Shown: one piece after another, positions 61,660-64,000 of the stretch
How the letters are laid out: every line of letters starts with the position of its first letter
How positions within the stretch are numbered: the first letter of the stretch is position 1
Source: an uncultured Lachnospiraceae bacterium
GTDB lineage: Bacteria; Bacillota; Clostridia; Lachnospirales; Lachnospiraceae
Direction: 5' to 3'
Length of the DNA stretch: 64,000 bases
Assembly (NCBI GenBank): GCA_910587305.1
Contig: CAJUKV010000015.1
Span: 2,862 to 66,861 of the forward strand
The notes under the pieces: generated by a model
Told to the model about the DNA's origin: nothing
The model's input: the letters and a program-made list of their open reading frames with translations, nothing else
Databases searched by the model: none
Position numbers and translations under genes: made by a program

Positions 61660-62619
61660 TCAAATACCATATAAAGCAAGCAGGCAGAGCATGGCGGTGA
61701 CAATAGAAAATACCGCCACTATTTTCGTCTCATTCCATCCGCACAACTCAAAATGATGGTGGAGAGGCGCCATTTTAAAAAACCTCTTTCCGCCGCTTAT
61801 TTTAAAATAAACCACCTGTATGATAACCGACAAAACCTCCGCCATATAAATCAGTCCCACAATGGGCAAAAACAAAGGCATTTGCATCATATATGCGCAG
61901 CCCGCCACAAATCCCCCAAGGGCAAGGGAACCGGTATCTCCCATAAAAACGCTGGCAGGATGCACATTGAACAAAAGGAATCCCAATAACGCCCCTGTAA
62001 CAGCGCATGTGATAGGTCCAATCCCTGCCCCTGTGCCAAGGGCCGCCACCGTAAAAAAAGTGGCAACCATAACCGTCACACTGCCCGCAAGCCCATCTAA
62101 TCCGTCCGTAAAATTTGTGCCGTTTACAGTTCCTATTATTACAAGAAACAAAAGCGGAATGTTAAACCAGCCAAAATCCACATAATATCCCCTCAAAAAA
62201 GGAATGCGCATAACCAGTAAATTGTCCGGAGACTTGAGCAGATAACGGGCAAAAAGCCCTGTCACCAACAGCTGCAGGAGCATCTTCTGCCATGCCCTAA
62301 GCCCCATGGAACGCCTGAGCACCACCTTAATATAATCGTCCAATAAGCCAATCATGCCAAATCCCAATGTCAAAACCAGGATGGGAACAATCTTAGGGTA
62401 ATCCTTCACATAAAGCACAGACGTAACTGCCATACTGGCCATAATCAGGATACCGCCCATGGTAGGCGTCCCTGTCTTTTTCAAATGACTGCTAGGGCCG
62501 TCATCCCGGACTGTCTGCCCCACCTTAAGCTTCTTAAGCAAAGGGATAATGAATGGCCCTAAGGCCACACTTATGCCAAAGGAAATTAAAACAGGCGTCA
62601 TAATAGCACTGCTGTTCAT
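61660..62619 (-). CDS. mraY: Phospho-MurNAc-pentapeptide transferase
   Basis: GTPTMGG, NFTDGLDGL, FMGDTGS, MAPLHHHFEL. Confidence 0.97.
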   Translation of the reverse strand: MNSSAIMTPVLISFGISVALGPFIIPLLKKLKVGQTVRDDGPSSHLKKTGTPTMGGILIMASMAVTSVLYVKDYPKIVPILVLTLGFGMIGLLDDYIKVVLRRSMGLRAWQKMLLQLLVTGLFARYLLKSPDNLLVMRIPFLRGYYVDFGWFNIPLLFLVIIGTVNGTNFTDGLDGLAGSVTVMVATFFTVAALGTGAGIGPITCAVTGALLGFLLFNVHPASVFMGDTGSLALGGFVAGCAYMMQMPLFLPIVGLIYMAEVLSVIIQVVYFKISGGKRFFKMAPLHHHFELCGWNETKIVAVFSIVTAMLCLLALYGI

Positions 62620-62631
62620 TGCCTATACCTC

Positions 62632-63276
62632 TCAATTATAATCCATTTTTCCTAAATAAGGAAGAATATTTTCAAAAAGCTGCCTCACCACCGGCGCGGC
62701 TACCTGTCCGCCATAATAAACCCCCTGGGGATTATGTATGATACAAAGGGCAAGCACCTGAGGATCATCGGCCGGGGCAAAGCCTAAAAAGGAAGCAATA
62801 TATCTGCCGCTGCCCCTTGGAAGGGTCTGGCTGGTAGCCGTCTTTCCCCCAACCCTTGCCCCCTCCACATATCCGTTTTTGCCGGAGCCGTTCTCCACCA
62901 CCTGCTCTAAAATCATCCGCATGGTGGCGGAGGTTTCTTCTGATACAATATGCTCTCTTACCGGATAAGAGAACCTCTCTATTTCCGTTCCTTCCCTGTC
63001 AGACGTTTTTACCGCAAAGTGAGGCGTAATTCTATTTCCGCCGTTGACGATAGAGGCTGCCGTAGTGGCCAGCTGTATGGGGGTAATCTGAAAGGACTGT
63101 CCAAAGGACACGGTTGCAAGCTCCACGGCCTTCATATCCTCCATTTTATGCATGATCGTCCCCGCCTCTCCGGGCAGGTCAACCCCTGTTTTGTTCAGCA
63201 GGCCAAACTGCTCAAAGAAATGGTAATAATTTTCCACTCCCAGCCTAAGACCCACCGTAATAAACACCGGGTTACA
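62632..63276 (-). pseudogene. 3' part of a class B PBP (SpoVD-like), split by an inserted element
   Basis: CNPVF, KTGVDLPGE, SFGQ, TPIQ, GGKTATSQ, GGQVAAP; no SxxK or dimerisation domain in the window; homology begins at the SxN motif. Confidence 0.85.
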
Positions 63277-63284
63277 GGTATTTA
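63261..63284. other. Putative att junction of the serine-recombinase element
   Basis: taaacacc-gggTTaca-ggtattta imperfect inverted repeat centred on 63272-63273, where PBP homology ends. Confidence 0.55.
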
Positions 63285-63289
63285 CAAAT

Positions 63290-64000
63290 TTAAAAACCGC
63301 TATACCGAAGGCTCCCGTCTTTCCGCACTTCTATAGTGTCAATTTTCTTAAGCATTACTTTTATCAACGCTTTTTCCATTAAATTTTCTTCTTTAACCGC
63401 CTCCTCTATTTTCTTAAGACGCATCTCATAATTATTATATGGCTCCTTTTTCCGCTTTATGACCTCAATTTGCTCCGTAAGTTTTAAAATGCGCTCTTTG
63501 AGATTTTCGTTGCATTTCTCATAATCCTCATCCGCTATTACCCCTTTTAGCAGCTTTTCCATCAGCAAATCCTTTTTTTCCATAAGCTTTTTATGCTCTT
63601 TTTTAAGCCTTAAAAGCTCTCCGCTTTCATTCCCCCCTTTTAAGCCTGCTTTTAATACGCTCATAAGTGTTCTTTGCAAACGCTCCCTTTGGAAAAGTTC
63701 ATTCCGTAAATGCTCATTTTGAAAATGTTCTTTTGCGGTATGCTCTACTAAGGCATGCTCCCTTTCCCCATCAGCGCTTTCCCAGAACTTTTCAAGCTCC
63801 CCTTCCATATATTGATAGATTTCTTTCTCCGGCAGATGCCTGTTGTTGCAGCCCTTTTTGCCTTCCCCCTCTTTCTTTCTGCCGCCTTCTAAAAAAGACG
63901 AGCACTTCCAAATCACCTTTTTTCCCGTTTTCGTGTGGTAACTGGTTCTGTAATAAGTTCTTCCGCATTCCGCACATTTAAGCTTTCTTGTAAAATCATA
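63290..64000 (-). CDS. Large serine recombinase, C-terminal part (5' end outside window)
   Basis: Open frame from the window edge: YDFTRKLKCAECGRTYYR...WKC...C zinc ribbon, coiled coil, GVIADEDY, IDTIEV. Confidence 0.85.
   Translation of the reverse strand, partial: YDFTRKLKCAECGRTYYRTSYHTKTGKKVIWKCSSFLEGGRKKEGEGKKGCNNRHLPEKEIYQYMEGELEKFWESADGEREHALVEHTAKEHFQNEHLRNELFQRERLQRTLMSVLKAGLKGGNESGELLRLKKEHKKLMEKKDLLMEKLLKGVIADEDYEKCNENLKERILKLTEQIEVIKRKKEPYNNYEMRLKKIEEAVKEENLMEKALIKVMLKKIDTIEVRKDGSLRYSGF

Noticed and set aside
62632..63267. Stand-alone 211-aa PBP starting at GTG 63267
   Set aside because: No RBS, no SxxK serine and no membrane anchor; homology continues upstream of the GTG to the junction

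Overview
Chromosomal segment from a spore-forming Clostridia bacterium, most likely Lachnospiraceae (inferred from gene content and protein style). Most genes are on the minus strand. Core blocks: ssrA-smpB-rnr-secG, eno, gpmI, gdhA, tRNA-Arg(CCG), efp, aroQ/aroK/aroE, nrdR, the sporulation block sigG-ylmC-sigE-spoIIGA, and the dcw cluster ftsZ-ftsQ-murA-ftsW-murD-mraY-PBP. Accessory content: several GT-C membrane glycosyltransferases, ABC transporters with leader-peptide attenuators, and an AT-rich degenerate island (~14.4-19.2 kb). The island holds a CI/Cro-like switch with four operators, a DUF3800 gene followed by a separately promoted structured RNA, a second pseudoknotted RNA, and IS110 and Uma2 remnants. 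At the right edge a spoVD-like PBP gene is cut at its SxN catalytic motif by an element encoding a large serine recombinase, a candidate skin-like sporulation gene-intervening element. Several MITE or palindromic repeat families are present, one of which supplies the RBS of sigE. rnr appears to start at an ATT codon. All family assignments are from motif recognition; no searches were run.
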